A stretch of DNA of 64,000 nt, taken from the NCBI RefSeq assembly GCF_006345805.1, contig NC_043001.1, forward strand, positions 1,922,001 through 1,986,000, read 5' to 3'. The DNA comes from Octopus sinensis (lineage: Eukaryota). A program made the position numbers and the translations under genes. Below are positions 12,435 to 25,189 of the stretch, in pieces. The stretch's first letter is position 1. Each line of letters begins with the position of its first letter. The notes beneath the pieces are model-generated. The model was given only the letters and a program-made list of their open reading frames with translations. It did not search any database and was not told the DNA's origin.

Positions 12435-13805
12435 TAATAATTACTCAGTTATTGCCTGGAGGACTATGAGGAATAAAAGGGGGCTGAGGGCTGATCTTTG
12501 GTGGACCCCTACTTCTACCCGGAATTCTTCCCAATACTCATTGCCAACCCTAACCTTACTAATGGCATCTCTGTATAGGGCCTGTGCAGCTCTTATTAAC
12601 CTTTTGTCCATCCCTAGTTTCCACATCGTCCACCTCGTAAGGGATCGAGAGATCCTGTCAAAGGCTTTCTCCAAGTCCACAAAAGCCAAGTATACGGGTT
12701 TATCTTTGGCTAGGTATTTCACCTGCAGTTGCCGTATTAGGAATATAGCATCAGTGGGGCTTCTACATGGCACAAAACCAAAACTACATTTCATCTAAGC
12801 AGCCTCTCCTTAATTAGTTGGGCTGTGACCTTCATCCCCTGATCCAGTAGTTTGATATCCCTGTTGTTATTTCTATCTGAAGCATAACCTTTACCTTTGT
12901 AGCGGTTGACTATGGTGCTGCTACACCAATCATTGGGTATGACTCCATCATGAACTACTTGGTTTACAATATGGGTGACTAGGCCATAACCCATATGGCC
13001 AGATATTTTAAGCATCTCAGTAGTGATTCCTGATGGGCCCAGGACTTTTCCTGACTTCATACCCTTAATTGCTTTATCTACTAGGGTGCTGTCTATTCAG
13101 ATAGCTGGTCCCTCTACTGGGTCAGCATTTGGCAGGCTCTCCTCCTCCCATTCATTCTCCACATCCAGCAGTCTTTCATAATAGCATCGCCAAGCCTCTT
13201 TCTTTGCAGAATCATTAAAAGCAAGGGCACCATCATCCATCCAGGTACATTTCTCTCCTATAACATCACAATTTTCCCTCACACACTGTCTTGCAATCCA
13301 AAACACTCCAGTTCTTTGGTCCTTACATCTCTGAACATTGGCAAACTTCTTTTCTGCTTCTCCCTTGGCTATGTATACGTGTCTTCCAGCCTCCCTTTTG
13401 GCTATCTGGTACAGTTCCCTGCTACCCCCACTCTTCCAGGCTTTCCAGGCCTGTTTCTTTGCTCTAATGGCCTTGTCTACAGTATTATTCCACCACCACC
13501 ACATTACTCTAGGTCTGGAAGGGACTTTGCACTAGCCACAGATTTGGTCTATGGCACTCAGTAAGGTGTCCCATAGGAATTAGCAGCTACCCTTTATGTC
13601 TGAAATCTGTAGCCCCTCTTCCCTCTCATCAAACTTCTTGATGAGGATGTCCCTTAGTCTCTGACCATGTGAAGGGTTCTTTAGCTTCCAAATCCTTCTC
13701 TTCTGGATTGGTCTGCTTCTTGGTATCCTTCTGGCTGTGAGCCTAAAGTCACAATGACTAGTCTATGCTGGGGTGTACATTCTTCACCTAAATAGGTCTT
13801 TGTTT
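12435..13805 (-). mobile_element. RTE-clade LINE fragment (end of APE domain, linker, N-terminal half of RT), degenerate
   Basis: ORF pieces EECTPQHRLV; WWWNNTVDKAI; KSGKVLGPSGITTEMLK; FGFVP.RSPTDAIFLIRQLQ.KY; AFVDLEKAFDR; VGVHQRSALSPLLF. Truncated before YADD. Confidence 0.9.
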
Positions 13806-13889
13806 TAAAGAGCAGCCCTGCGTCCCGTGCATGTGTGTGTGTATCTATATGTGTATATATATATGTATATGTGTGTGTGTGTATATATG

Positions 13890-14030
13890 TATATAGTTGA
13901 AATTTACAGAAAAACAAAAGAACAGGTGTATAAACAACAAGCATATGTATTAGTTTGACACTCGGGAAAGAGAAAAAGTCTTTTACATTTCAAGCCTATG
14001 CTCTTCAACAGAAAGGAATAAGAGAAATTA
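13890..14030 (-). mobile_element. Hammerhead-like module ending in (TA)/(CA)n
   Basis: Homologous to 14420-14575 in opposite orientation; HHR motif then ~90 nt then a TA-rich tract. Confidence 0.6.
13980..14015 (-). ncRNA. Minimal hammerhead-like motif, core variant CUGUUGA (A6U)
   Basis: Minus: CUUU CUGUUGA A GAGC auag GCUU GAA AUGU A AAAG. Stem I CUUU/AAAG; stem II GAGC/GCUU. Confidence 0.55.
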
Positions 14031-14235
14031 AATACAGAGAGAATAAAAAAAGAAAACTTGTGATTGTAAGAGTAACATGCCAAAGGATTAGGCCACACAC
14101 ATTCACATTATATACAAACACACACACACACACGCACACACAAACCCACACACATCTATATCGTGTAAGCACATAAATGTGAAACATGGTGGGGAAAAAT
14201 AATACTTGAATATAGGAGGTAGAGTATTATGCTTC

Positions 14236-14362
14236 ATTAATAAAGCTGCAAAGATACAAAAACTGTTACTCAGAGTTTCATGTTCTCATTCGTTGGACAG
14301 TTTTGATGAACAGGAATGTGAAACTGTAACAGTTTTTGTGATGTCTTTCCATCTTTATTAAT
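14236..14362. repeat. Imperfect long inverted repeat (~55-bp arms)
   Basis: attaataaag..acaaaaactgttac..gtttca versus tgaaact..gtaacagtttttgt..ctttattaat. Confidence 0.65.
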
Positions 14363-14419
14363 AAAGTGTGTGTGTGTATGTGTATATTTTTTCTCTCCCT
14401 TTTTTCTCCCCTTGTTTCT

Positions 14420-14575
14420 CTCCTTGTTTTTTTTCTGTGTCCCTTTCTGTTGAAGAGCGTAGGCTCACAATGCAAAAGACTTTTTCAATTCCTGAGCGTT
14501 ATACTAATACATCTGTTTGTTTTGTACACCACCTGTCTTCGTCTTTTGTTGTTTTCGTAAACTCTTCCTATATAT
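14420..14575 (+). mobile_element. Second copy of the CUGUUGA hammerhead module (degenerate GAAA) ending in (TA)n
   Basis: CTTT CTGTTGA A GAGC gtag GCTC acaatgc a AAAG at 14443-14478, then gagcgttatactaatac... and (TA)n. Confidence 0.55.
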
Positions 14576-14619
14576 ATATATATATATATACATACCTATA
14601 CACACACACATATCAATAT

Positions 14620-14990
14620 CATTATCAGCAGCAGTAACTTCAGTTGGAGTCCGTTTTTCATGCTGGTATGGGTTGGACAGTTTGACAGGCACTTCTTTAT
14701 GCAACTATTCTCATCCATCCACATCACATGACCAAACCAACACAGTCTCCTCTCTTGTTCATTGCATCTAATTCCTCTTATGTCTAACTCTTCTCTCTAG
14801 TCTTTGCATTTCCTCTCTATTCAGTGCCCACATCTCACTAGCCTGCAGCATTGCAGTGTGTACACATGCATAATACAACCTTTCCTTTGCTCAAAGAGAG
14901 AGACATTTGGTTGCCATCAGAGGTAAGAGGTCTCTCAACTTTCTCCATCCTATTCTTATTCTAGTAATTACACTTTCAGTTATTGGGTTA
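14620..14990 (-). mobile_element. RTE LINE 3' fragment with SINE-like tail
   Basis: Minus reads ITRIRIGWRKLRDLLPLMATK..LYYACVHTAML, homologous to 20150-20330. Confidence 0.6.
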
Positions 14991-15939
14991 CTTAAGTAGC
15001 AAAAATTATCTACTGAATATTTAACCTAAGCTACATATAATAATGGCTGAGAGGAAGAGCTAAAGGCATAAACCCAGTTATAAATAATTAATTGCAAAAA
15101 AAATGAGTAAATTAGCTCCAGTTTTTCAAAATGATTTGGAAAAATATTTAGACATTTTGTAAAATAAGCAGTTATAGTATATCTAGGGATGTTGCCATAC
15201 TTGAGTAAAATGCTGACAGTGTTAAAACAAAAATGAAATATTGAAATAAATGCCAAAGCATCTCAGGTGATTGGCTTCTTCTTTCTCGTGTCTCATGCAG
15301 CTTCTACTGGACTGAAATGTTGGCATTTATAGCAGGACACAAAATTTCCATTTCAATACAAAATCTTCTTCCAAGTTATTTTTTTTATTACATGTCATCT
15401 CCACCATCTTTATCTCTCTTCCAGTTACTCTCTCCTCCTCTTACATAATGTCAGGTAGCCATGTATCTCCTCCACAAGAAGACATCTGTTCCCATCCCTC
15501 CATCACACTTTAACTCCTCAACATCTGACTAAAGGTCTCCTCCCTCTATACTACACCTTCTTAATTCAGCTGAAGGGTCCTTTTTAGTCTTGCAAATAAC
15601 ATAATGACCTTACTAGTACTGGTGCTACAGAGAAGGCACTCAGTTTACACTGTAAGGTGGTTGGTGTTGGAAAGGGCATCTGGCTATAAAAACTGTGCCA
15701 AAGAAGTCTGCCGATTGGTCAGATTCCTTCAAATCATTTAAGCCATGCCAATATAAAAGACAAATATTAAATGATAATGATGATGATGATGATGATGATG
15801 ATGCCTGACGATGATGCATGAGCTCACTCCAAAAATGCTAATAGAATTGAATATTCAAGAACAAAGGAACCAGCTTTTTTTTTTTTTATCATGGATGAAG
15901 AATGTCTGTAAATTCTTATAACATGATTAAAGAACATTT

Positions 15940-16720
15940 AACTTTCATTAATTATTTATGACACTACAGGTATATCGACAATAAATTATGTTGCCCTCAT
16001 GGTCAAGTTTTCTGAAAGTCATTTTACAAAAGCAATTCACAAATCAACTCTTTTGGAAATCAATTGCACTACTGCCCAATACATTTACAATTTTATAGTA
16101 AATTTATTTGAAAAAACATGGCATACCAATTAAAAATTTGATTGGCTATGCAAGTAATTATGCAAATGTAATGATGTGGTCAAAAAGGGGTGTTTAACTT
16201 GTTCAGATGCGGAAGGCTGTGTATGCTGTTCAATGTATTTATGGCCATTCAATACATGTTCTGAACTTTCAAGTTCCATAGAGAAGTCATCTAGAATTAT
16301 TTATTCATATTTGTCAAACTGTCCAAAGAGATTAACAGAAATTGCAGAATTTAAGGAATTTAGCCAGACTAGTCCTGAAATGATTTTACATCATAGCAGC
16401 TGTACTCAATGGTTATCACTTCAATAAATACAGAAAGATTCCTGAACCAATAGCCAGCAGTTGTCATGTTTTTTACTTCTCTAGAATTAGAAGATGCGAT
16501 GACTTCAGCATCTAAAATACTGGAGTCTTTACAGAATCCAAGTGTAAAAACCTATTTTCCATTTCCAGCTTATATTCTGCCGTAAGAGGATAAAATAAAT
16601 TTCAAGTTTCCAACAGGGAACCACAGAATTCATACACAATAGTGCGTCCATCATGACTTGTAGGAATGGTATCTTTGCTAATTTTATTAAAGGGCAACTA
16701 CTAAAAGATAGATCAAAAGT
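15940..16720 (+). pseudogene. Degenerate hAT-family DNA transposase (ZNF862-like subgroup)
   Basis: SLIIYDTTGIST..ALMVKF; TAQYIYNFIVNLFEK.HGIPIKNLIGYASNYANVMM; IYSYLSNCPKRL..EFKEF; TQWLSLQ; ASKILESLQNP.VKTYF..YILP. Many stops and frameshifts; no TIR seen. Confidence 0.7.
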
Positions 16721-19700
16721 TATCACCATACATCCGTCCATTTGCTTTCCATACATGAACTTTATACTAATGCAAAAAGTGTATACATCTTTCTATGGTC
16801 ATCGTCACCATCGTTTTAGCGTCCAGTTTTCTATGCTTGCCAGGCTGAGACAGATTTTCTATGGCTGGATGTCCTTTCTGTCACCAACCTCAATTATTTC
16901 CATGTTTTCTAGAATGGCAATATTTCTCCATAACCTAACACAGAATATTGGGAATGGATGACACTGCTTGTGTGACAGTGATGCTCATTTACAACTATCA
17001 CACGGTGTCAAGACAAGGACACATAACACATTCACACACACACACACAGAATACAATTGGTTCTTCTCAGTTTCTCTCTGCCAAATCCACACACAAGATT
17101 TTGTTTGGCCCAAGTTAGTTGATCAAGGGGCCATGCAGTGTAATTGAACCTGAAACCATGTGGTTGAAAGCATAATTTTCAACCCCCACCAGTCATACCT
17201 GCACCATCAGCCATGCTTGTGTGTGTTCTTTAAAAATATATAAAGCAAAATTTCAAAGAATTCCAAATTAACACATTGAATATTTTGTGTGAAACGAAGC
17301 AAAGAAAAGTACAAACACTTTGCATCATATAAAATGTTCACTAATTTATGTCTTTTAAAAGCTTTTAGATCCAGAAAATGTGTTTCAAAGACAACCACCT
17401 TCAATTATTCTTTAGTCCATGAAGAAATATTTTTAAGGTAAATGAGCATGAAGATATCAGTAGACCGTGACAAGAGTTCACTTTGCCAGGGAATGGAATT
17501 TCAGAACCAGAGAAATTCTGTTATATTTCTCAAGAAGAGTGTGGAGATAAACTTTGTTTCTTAATTATCTTGGAATTAATTAGATGCTTATTGTAATTGG
17601 CTCTTTCTTGAATGCAACAGAAAGGCTGATACTTTAGTAAACAATGCAAAAGCTAAAAATGATTCTTAGCTAAGTGGGGAAGAAACTCTGCTTCTAATTT
17701 TTGGTAAATATGTTTTGGTAAAAAATAGAAAATGGCAACTGTCTGAACAACTGTGCTAAGAATTGAAGAAAGCAAAATTAAATCTCAATGAAAGAACCCA
17801 CAAACGTAGTTGCATGCCTTTTTTATAATTCAAGTAAAATCCAAAAGTCTTGTGTTTTATAAAATCCCAAAAAGTTATCAGCCAACCCTGGTCAAAGCAG
17901 AAGTATTTACACTAAGGTGCTGCATGTTCCTGTTTCCACCAATCCTTTCCTCCCTTCATCCCCACACTGTTTTGATAAGACAAAGAATTTAAAACTTGAA
18001 GAACATCTCAACTCTGCAGTTCTGATAATCCTGTGAAAAGTCCAAATAACTCCAGCTGATACGAGATTCCAAACCATTACTTTCAGGCATTCACCCATTT
18101 TAGATGACATCCGAAACAAATTCAATTTGATAAAATTCCTCACCATCTTTCTCTAACAAGTAAACAGGGTGAGGGGTTAAGTCTATCACCTAAGTAGGTC
18201 ATGGTAGGATTTGAACTCAGAATGCAAAATGCTAAAACAAATACTGCCAGGCATCTAGTTCTTCCAATCCACTCCCCTTGGTATTCTTTTATTGACCCCA
18301 AAAGATGAAAGGCAAAATTAGTGTTGGTGGTACTTGAATTCTTCCATCTCTACTAAAACCCATCTGTTGCATCCATATTTTTACGCCTCCCTTATTTCCT
18401 CTCTTCTTATCTCCTTACTTTTCTTGTATTTCCTTTCTGAACTCTAATAAAGCAACTTACATTTCATTTTTCATGGAACAGCAAAATTCCTCTGAGAATC
18501 CATTTCTGACCACACACATGTCTTCTAACCGGGAATCTGTAACAACAACACATTCAAGGTAAATACAAACGGCTTTTGAAGATGCGATATGTGAGAAGCA
18601 GAGAAAAAATGCCAAGCTGTCTGCAAGCACATTATAACAGGTTTAAGAGCTTACAGTCACTGACAGAATCTCATCTTAGTTCCTATGTTAAATCACAACA
18701 GGTGGAAGCAGAGAATATCTCAAGGCAATAGTCGCTGAGTCAAAGTAGTAATTCTTTTCTGCTGCTCTTTCTTTCTATGTATTTTTATTTTTATTTTTCT
18801 ATATGCCTAATTCTTATTTATTCAAATAATGTTGTTCTTAATTTGTAGAAATTCCTTAAGGAAATGATTGGATGAAATAGATTCAAGGTCAAATAATTGG
18901 ATGAGAGTGCCAGAACTAGAGTGAAATTATAAAGAGAATAACAGTTTTAGAGATGACAGTTGTCTATAATCAAAATATTGATAAGATTGGATGAAGAAAA
19001 ACTAAAACTAATGCAAAAAAAAAAAAAAAAGTTAAGCCATGATGTGGCATAAAGATAAGAAATATCTAATAATTCTGACAGAAATTTTCATTGAAAATTT
19101 TTGACTCTTCACTTAATTCATTTTTGTGAATGGAAGGCTTCTCTGGTGTCCTGGAATTCTTGTGATTACATTAAATATTGGCTTAGTTTTTCATCTCAGC
19201 AGAGGTGAAGAAGTAAATACAGGAGTCAGAAAACATATGAAAGGAAGCAGGGCAATAACAAGATTATTTGACTTAAGGAATTGGAATAGTTTTGACTTTG
19301 AGACTAGGTCCTGGAATATCTAAATTCCTCAAAGGACCAATGGATTGTTAGAAATAGCAGCCAAATGAAATTTACTTCAATTCAGCAAACAAAACCTCTG
19401 TTTTTTTGACATGCAAGAAATAACAACTAAATTTTTCTGGATTGCACTCTACAGCTTTATTTTAAAAGGACACATTAGATAATGTAATCCTAGATGCACT
19501 GTGCCTGATTAAAAGAAAAGAGACTGAAAGCCAGAGTGACTTTGGTCATAAGTTTGCTCAGACATGGGGGACTTGGAGTTAATCAACAACAAGAACAACA
19601 AGAAGGACAATGACTGTAGAGATGCCACTGAAAAGATGGGATGGGCATGGCTGGAATAGCTTTCATTATAGGTTTACTCAACAGCAACCTGGATCTAAAC

Positions 19701-19726
19701 AACAACATCCACTACTTCTACTACTG

Positions 19727-19786
<60 letters not shown>

Positions 19787-19984
19787 TTACTACTTCTACC
19801 ACTGCTGCTGCTGCTGCTACTACCCCTACCACTTTTAACATGAGAATGTTGAAAAGGGTCAATAAATATATGTGCTATGTCATCAAGAAAAATCCCCTGA
19901 ATGGCCACATGGGTCCATAAACTGTAGATTAGGAAAATGTGTCTGAGACTGATTGAAGTTAAGTTTATTTTTAATTAAAACGCA

Positions 19985-20640
19985 AAAGTAAGAGGTGCCA
20001 CAGTAGCAGAGAAAGGGGTCTTTGCGTGTGGCAGATGTGCCAGTGCAATGAATACAAGGGATCTAATGAAAATAGACTCCATCAAATGCCTGGGGTGACA
20101 CTTTGAAGTAGTTGAGAGCTTCCATTAGCTAGGTGACCAAGTCAGCAGTGGAGGTGGATGCGCTGAGAGCATAGCTGCTTGAATAAGAATAAGCTGGGCA
20201 AAGTTCAGAAATCTTCTACTTTTGTTGGTAGCAAATGGCCTCTTTTTCGGAATGAAAGTAAATTGTATGAGGCTTGTGTATGAAAAGCCATGCTACATGA
20301 CAGTGAAGCATGGACTGTGACTGCAGAAGACATGCAAAGGCTTGAAAAAATGAAGCTAGTATGCTTCATTGGATGTGCAATGTCAGTGTGCATGTATAAC
20401 AGAGTGTAAGTGTCTTAAGAGAAACATTGAGCATAAGAAGCATCAGATGTGGTGTGCCAGAGAGAAGACTGTGATGTGTATGGATAAGGAGAGCTGCGTA
20501 AAGATGTGTTGATCTCTAACTATGGAGGGACCGACCCAGGAAGACATGGGAAGACATGATATTTGGTGGTTGTATCTCATGGAGGTGATGACAAATGAGT
20601 GAGGCTTCTGGCAATCTGCTTGAGAAGACATGTCAAGCTC
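19985..20640 (+). mobile_element. RTE LINE 3' part (post-RT), degenerate
   Basis: CGRC..EVVESF..LGDQVSSGGGCAESIAA.IRISWAKFR.LL..LYEACV..AMLH.SEAW..EASMLHWMCNVSV. Confidence 0.8.
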
Positions 20641-20654
20641 AGTGAAATCATGGT

Positions 20655-20890
20655 CATGATTAATGCCAGTGACACGTAAACGGTACTTGTGTTGGTGATG
20701 TGTAAAAGTCACCTGTGCCAGTGGCACATAAAAGGCACTCAGTACACTCTCTAAAGAGGTTGTCATTAGGAAGGGCAGTCAGCTGTAGAAACCATGTTAA
20801 AACAGATGACTGCAGCCTGGTGCAGCTCTCCGGCTTACTAATTTTGGTCAAACCATCAAGTTCATGCTAGCATGGAAATCAGAAGTTAAA
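20655..20890 (+). mobile_element. SINE with RTE-like tail
   Basis: ttaggaaggg..gctgtagaaa..gctagcatggaaa..gttaaatgatgatg. Confidence 0.65.
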
Positions 20891-20944
20891 TGATGATGAC
20901 GATGTTGACGACGACGATGATGATGATGATGATGATGATGGTGG

Positions 20945-20976
<32 letters not shown>

Positions 20977-20998
20977 GTGGTGGTGATGATGATGGTGG

Positions 20999-21041
<43 letters not shown>

Positions 21042-21046
21042 GATGG

Positions 21047-21102
<56 letters not shown>

Positions 21103-21120
21103 GTGATTTGATGATGATGA
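20890..21120. repeat. (GAT)n/(GGT) tract (expanded SINE tail)
   Basis: Seen directly; explains the poly-His/poly-Met ORFs. Confidence 0.9.
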
Positions 21121-22185
21121 TAAATCCAACATACTTTTAGATGCTGTTAATGTCTTTTAGAAGTTTTAAGTTGTAAGCAAACTGAGGCAAAATGTTTAAA
21201 CTGTTTCGGAAACATGGCTATGCAAAGTAGTGAGTGTGTGTGTGTGTGTGTGTTCATGTGTATGTTTGTTTGTATCCTCCTCCTCCTCACCATCATCATT
21301 ATTGTCAATGACTTTGTCATCATCATCATCGCTATCTCCACCACCATCATCATCATCATACTTTTTTTATCTGTGGTTCTTTTCATGTTGGCATGTGTGT
21401 GTATTGGATCTGTTGTCAGTGTGTGAGTCAGAGGTTGTTGTCTTCCCAGTGAGTCACTGGACCATGTCTCTCTTGTACTTTGGAATGGTCGTCATGGTCG
21501 GATGCCCTTTCTAGAGGCAAACCTCTTCATGGATTACACTGAATACATTTTCTCATGACACCAGCAGCAGAGAGAGGCTGATGAATTCTCAACAAGACTA
21601 AAGGCACCTCACCTGCACTAAATTGTCTCCCTTCTTTCAAGATAAGCATGGACAAAAGAATAGATACGAGAGAGAAAGAGGGAATATGTGTGTGTGAGAC
21701 AGAGAGAGAGGGAGTGTGTGTGTGTGTGTGTGCATGTGTGAGTGAGGGACAAATTCCATGAAAGATCAGAGGATGTGAGTGTGATGAGGGAAACAGAGAG
21801 TTAAGAGAGAGAAGGGAGAGTTGTGGAAGACAATAATATGCAGTTACATGATGGTTATTGGTAAGGAGATTAGGTACAAAAAACGGCATTATGGGATAGC
21901 AATGAGGACGAGAGAGAGTAAGTGAAAGTGGTAGAGGGGTGGGTGGCTAGAGCGAATGATGGTTAGCATTGGTGAAAGGTGATGGTACTGAATATGGACA
22001 GATCAAATACAATTTCTCATTGCAGATGTAAGGGAGGGAGATATTACGATAGAGGGGTGAAGGTGCAACAGACAGGGGAATAAGGGGTGATTGGGGGGAA
22101 ATGGTCGATTGGTGTGTAAGTTTGTTTCTTTAAGAATATGCATGTATGTGTGTGTGTGTGTTTGTGTTTGTGTCGATATATTTAC

Positions 22186-22383
22186 AGAAGTGAGGTGGCA
22201 GAGTCATTAGCATGCCAGGTAAAATGCTTAGCAACATTTCTTCTGGTTTTACGTTTTGAGTTCAAATTCCATCAAGGTTGACTTTGCCTTTTATCCCTTT
22301 GAGGTGGATCAAATAAGCAGTAAATGTAATCAAATGAACCCTTCCTGGAAATTGCTGGCCTTGTGTCAAAATTTGATATGAAT
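22186..22383 (+). mobile_element. tRNA-like SINE (family of 53000-53222)
   Basis: cattagcatgccaggtaaaatgcttagc, tttgagttcaaattcc, gactttgccttt, ggccttgtg. Confidence 0.7.
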
Positions 22384-22505
22384 GTATTTACAGAGGTGAG
22401 ACTTTTTAGGGTAAAAGTATGAAGAAGAATAAAGGAACATACGTGAATAAATGAGAGAGAGAGAGAGAGATGGAGGAAGGAGAGAGAAAGAGAGGCAAGT
22501 AAAGA

Positions 22506-22539
<34 letters not shown>

Positions 22540-22669
22540 AGGAGATCAAACATGAATGACTTGAAGAAAGAGAAAGTGAAGGAGAATCATGAAAGGAAAG
22601 AAATTTGTGAAAATGAGAGAAACAGAGAAGGTTTACTAGGGAACATTGGAGAGAAAGAATTTTCTCAAC

Positions 22670-22985
22670 CACCACCACCACCACCACCACCACCACCACT
22701 ACCACCACCACCACCACCACCATCACCATCACCATCATCGTCATCATCAACATTACCATCATCATCGTTATCATTGACATCATCATCATTGTCAGCATCA
22801 CCATCATCATCATCATCATCGTTATCATCGACATCATCATCATTGTCAGCATCACCATCATCATCATCATCATCGTTATCATCGACATCATCATCATTGT
22901 CAGCATCACCATCATCATCATCATCATTGTCAGCATCACCATCAGTAGCATTGTCACCACTACCACTAACACCATCACCATACAT
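22670..22985. repeat. (CCA)/(CAT)n tract with 54-nt higher-order unit
   Basis: Minus-strand translation repeats GDADNDDDVDDNDDDDDD (18 codons) about 3 times. Confidence 0.85.
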
Positions 22986-23264
22986 AAACCATCGTTTTTA
23001 CATCTACTTTTCCATGTTGCCATGGGTTGGATAGGACAATTTCAACACAAAAGAGAGCACAATGACGTGTGTCGGTGTGTGTGTGTGTGTTCAAAAGAGA
23101 GATGGAAGAGAGAAGACGCTTAAGAAAATATGAATGCTTTTTCAGAAAAATTTGTATATCAAAAAGTGAGGGAGAGAAAGAGAGGAAGATTGAGATTGAA
23201 GAGAGAGAGAGAGAGAGAAAAACAAGAAATGAATATAGGTAGAGTGGGGTGGTTGAGAGAAATA

Positions 23265-23400
23265 GAAGAAGAAGAAGAAGAAGAAGAAGAAGAAGAAGAA
23301 GAAGAAGAAGAAGAAGAAAGAGAAGAAGAAGAAGAAGAAGAAGAAGAAGAGAAGAAGAAGAAGAAGAAGAAGAAGAAGAAGAAAAGGAAGAGGAGAAGAA
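23265..23400. repeat. (GAA)n polypurine tract
   Basis: Seen directly. Confidence 0.9.
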
Positions 23401-24104
23401 AAAGAAGATAAAGAAGAAGAAGGGAAGGAGAAGAAGAAAAAGAAGGGGGAAGAAGAAGATGGAGGTGGAGGAAGAGTAGTGTGAAGTGAATGATGATGAT
23501 GATAAACGAAGAAGAGGAGGAGGAGAAGAGATATAGAGAGAGTTTATGTATGTGAGGGAGGGAGAGAGAAAATGTGAGAGAAAGAATTTGAGAGTGAAAC
23601 AAATTGAATGAAGAAGGAAAATGGAAGCAGAAGTTTTAATTTTGTGATTCTTCATTTGGAATTCCAGTTCCAAAGGTCTGGAATAATTTAAGGCAATAAT
23701 TAATAAAGAAATCTGAACAGATAATTTCTTGAATTAATGAATGAAACTCATTTAATAACTAATCAAACTTGCTGTTAGCAATTTTTAAATGATGACATTC
23801 ACCGAGAAAAATGGAAAAAGGAAAATAAAAAATAAAGTAACAAACAACAAAAAAAAAAAAGATACTGGCTCCTCAACTAAGCTGCAAGAACATGCAAAAA
23901 TAATAGAAATAAGCTTAAACAAAATATCTAAAAAATGACAATTAGTAAAATCCTAATCTTTGTTTCTTAGAATTCATCTTGAACAAATGATTTCAAATTA
24001 CTCTTTTGAAACGGAAATGATAGATATTTCACATGTAAAACGTTAATCTATAATTTTCTAACGTTTTGCTAACAAAACAAATTTATTTCTAGTTGACTTT
24101 CATA

Positions 24105-24162
24105 AACATCATCATCATCATCATCGTCATCATCATCGTCATCGTCGTCGTCGTCGTCGTCG

Positions 24163-24195
<33 letters not shown>

Positions 24196-24253
24196 CCACC
24201 ACCATCATCATCATCATTATTATCATTATCATCATCATTATTATTATTATTAT

Positions 24254-24290
<37 letters not shown>

Positions 24291-24374
24291 GCCATCACTA
24301 TATCAATAGAATTGCCAGCAACAACTACATATCCTTTACAACATCCACCTATACAACAATATCAACACTACCAC

Positions 24375-24419
<45 letters not shown>

Positions 24420-24455
24420 GATTATCACCATCATCATCATCATCATCATCATCAC
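24105..24455. repeat. Compound trinucleotide tract (CAT/CGT/TAT/CTA)
   Basis: Seen directly. Confidence 0.9.
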
Positions 24456-24504
24456 CGTTATGTGAAAAGTACTACATGCAAATTTAATTAGTGGGGGGGG
24501 GGGT

Positions 24505-24830
24505 GCTGTTATCCTGAGGTTTGGTGACAGCAAGTCTCCTCAAATTTCAAGAACTTTCTCAGAATTCTTAAAAAACAGAGGATGGCATTTTTCTGCAGGT
24601 CAACAATAGGTATCTCAATTCCAATATTTGTTTCAATCTCTTCTTAGTTCCAAGTTTGGGTGTTGTGCCAAATGCACCAATTAACACAAGAATAACTCTC
24701 ACCTTTCACTTCCATAATCTCTCTGTCTTGGTTCCTTGTATTTCCTAAATCTTTCAGTTTTCTTTCTATCTGCTCAACAGAGAAGATTAAACTATGAACG
24801 TATCTGGTCACTTACTTCAATAGTATGCTC
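24505..24830 (-). mobile_element. 3' end of R4-like RLE element
   Basis: Minus reads VRVILVLIGAFGTTPK..IGIEIPIVDLQKNAIL..RILRKVLEI* with frameshifts. Confidence 0.65.
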
Positions 24831-24862
24831 TCTCTCTCTTGCTGTTGTTGTTTTTATGATTA

Positions 24863-25057
24863 TGACAGTGAAATGGCAGAAATATTAACAAGTTGGACAA
24901 AAGGCTGCTAAGCCATTTGTCTGTCTTTACACGGGAGTTCAAATTCTGCCAAGGTCAACTTTGCCTTTCATAAAATATGTTCTAGTTTAGTACTGGGCTT
25001 TGTGTAATTGATTTAACCTTTTCTCTGAAATTACTAACCACAAGCCAAAATTTGAAG
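24863..25057 (+). mobile_element. Decayed tRNA-like SINE
   Basis: ggagttcaaattctgccaaggtcaactttgcctttcat motif. Confidence 0.6.
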
Positions 25058-25074
25058 CCTTTAATTATCATTAA

Positions 25075-25110
<36 letters not shown>

Positions 25111-25189
25111 CATCACCCTTATAAAAATTATTATTATTATCATTTTTATAATAATATTCTGTGACTGTTATGCTGGAAACTATGGCTTT

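Noticed and set aside
17480-18050. Possible continuation of the hAT transposase (dimerisation domain)
   Set aside because: Only scattered weak residue matches; too decayed to call.
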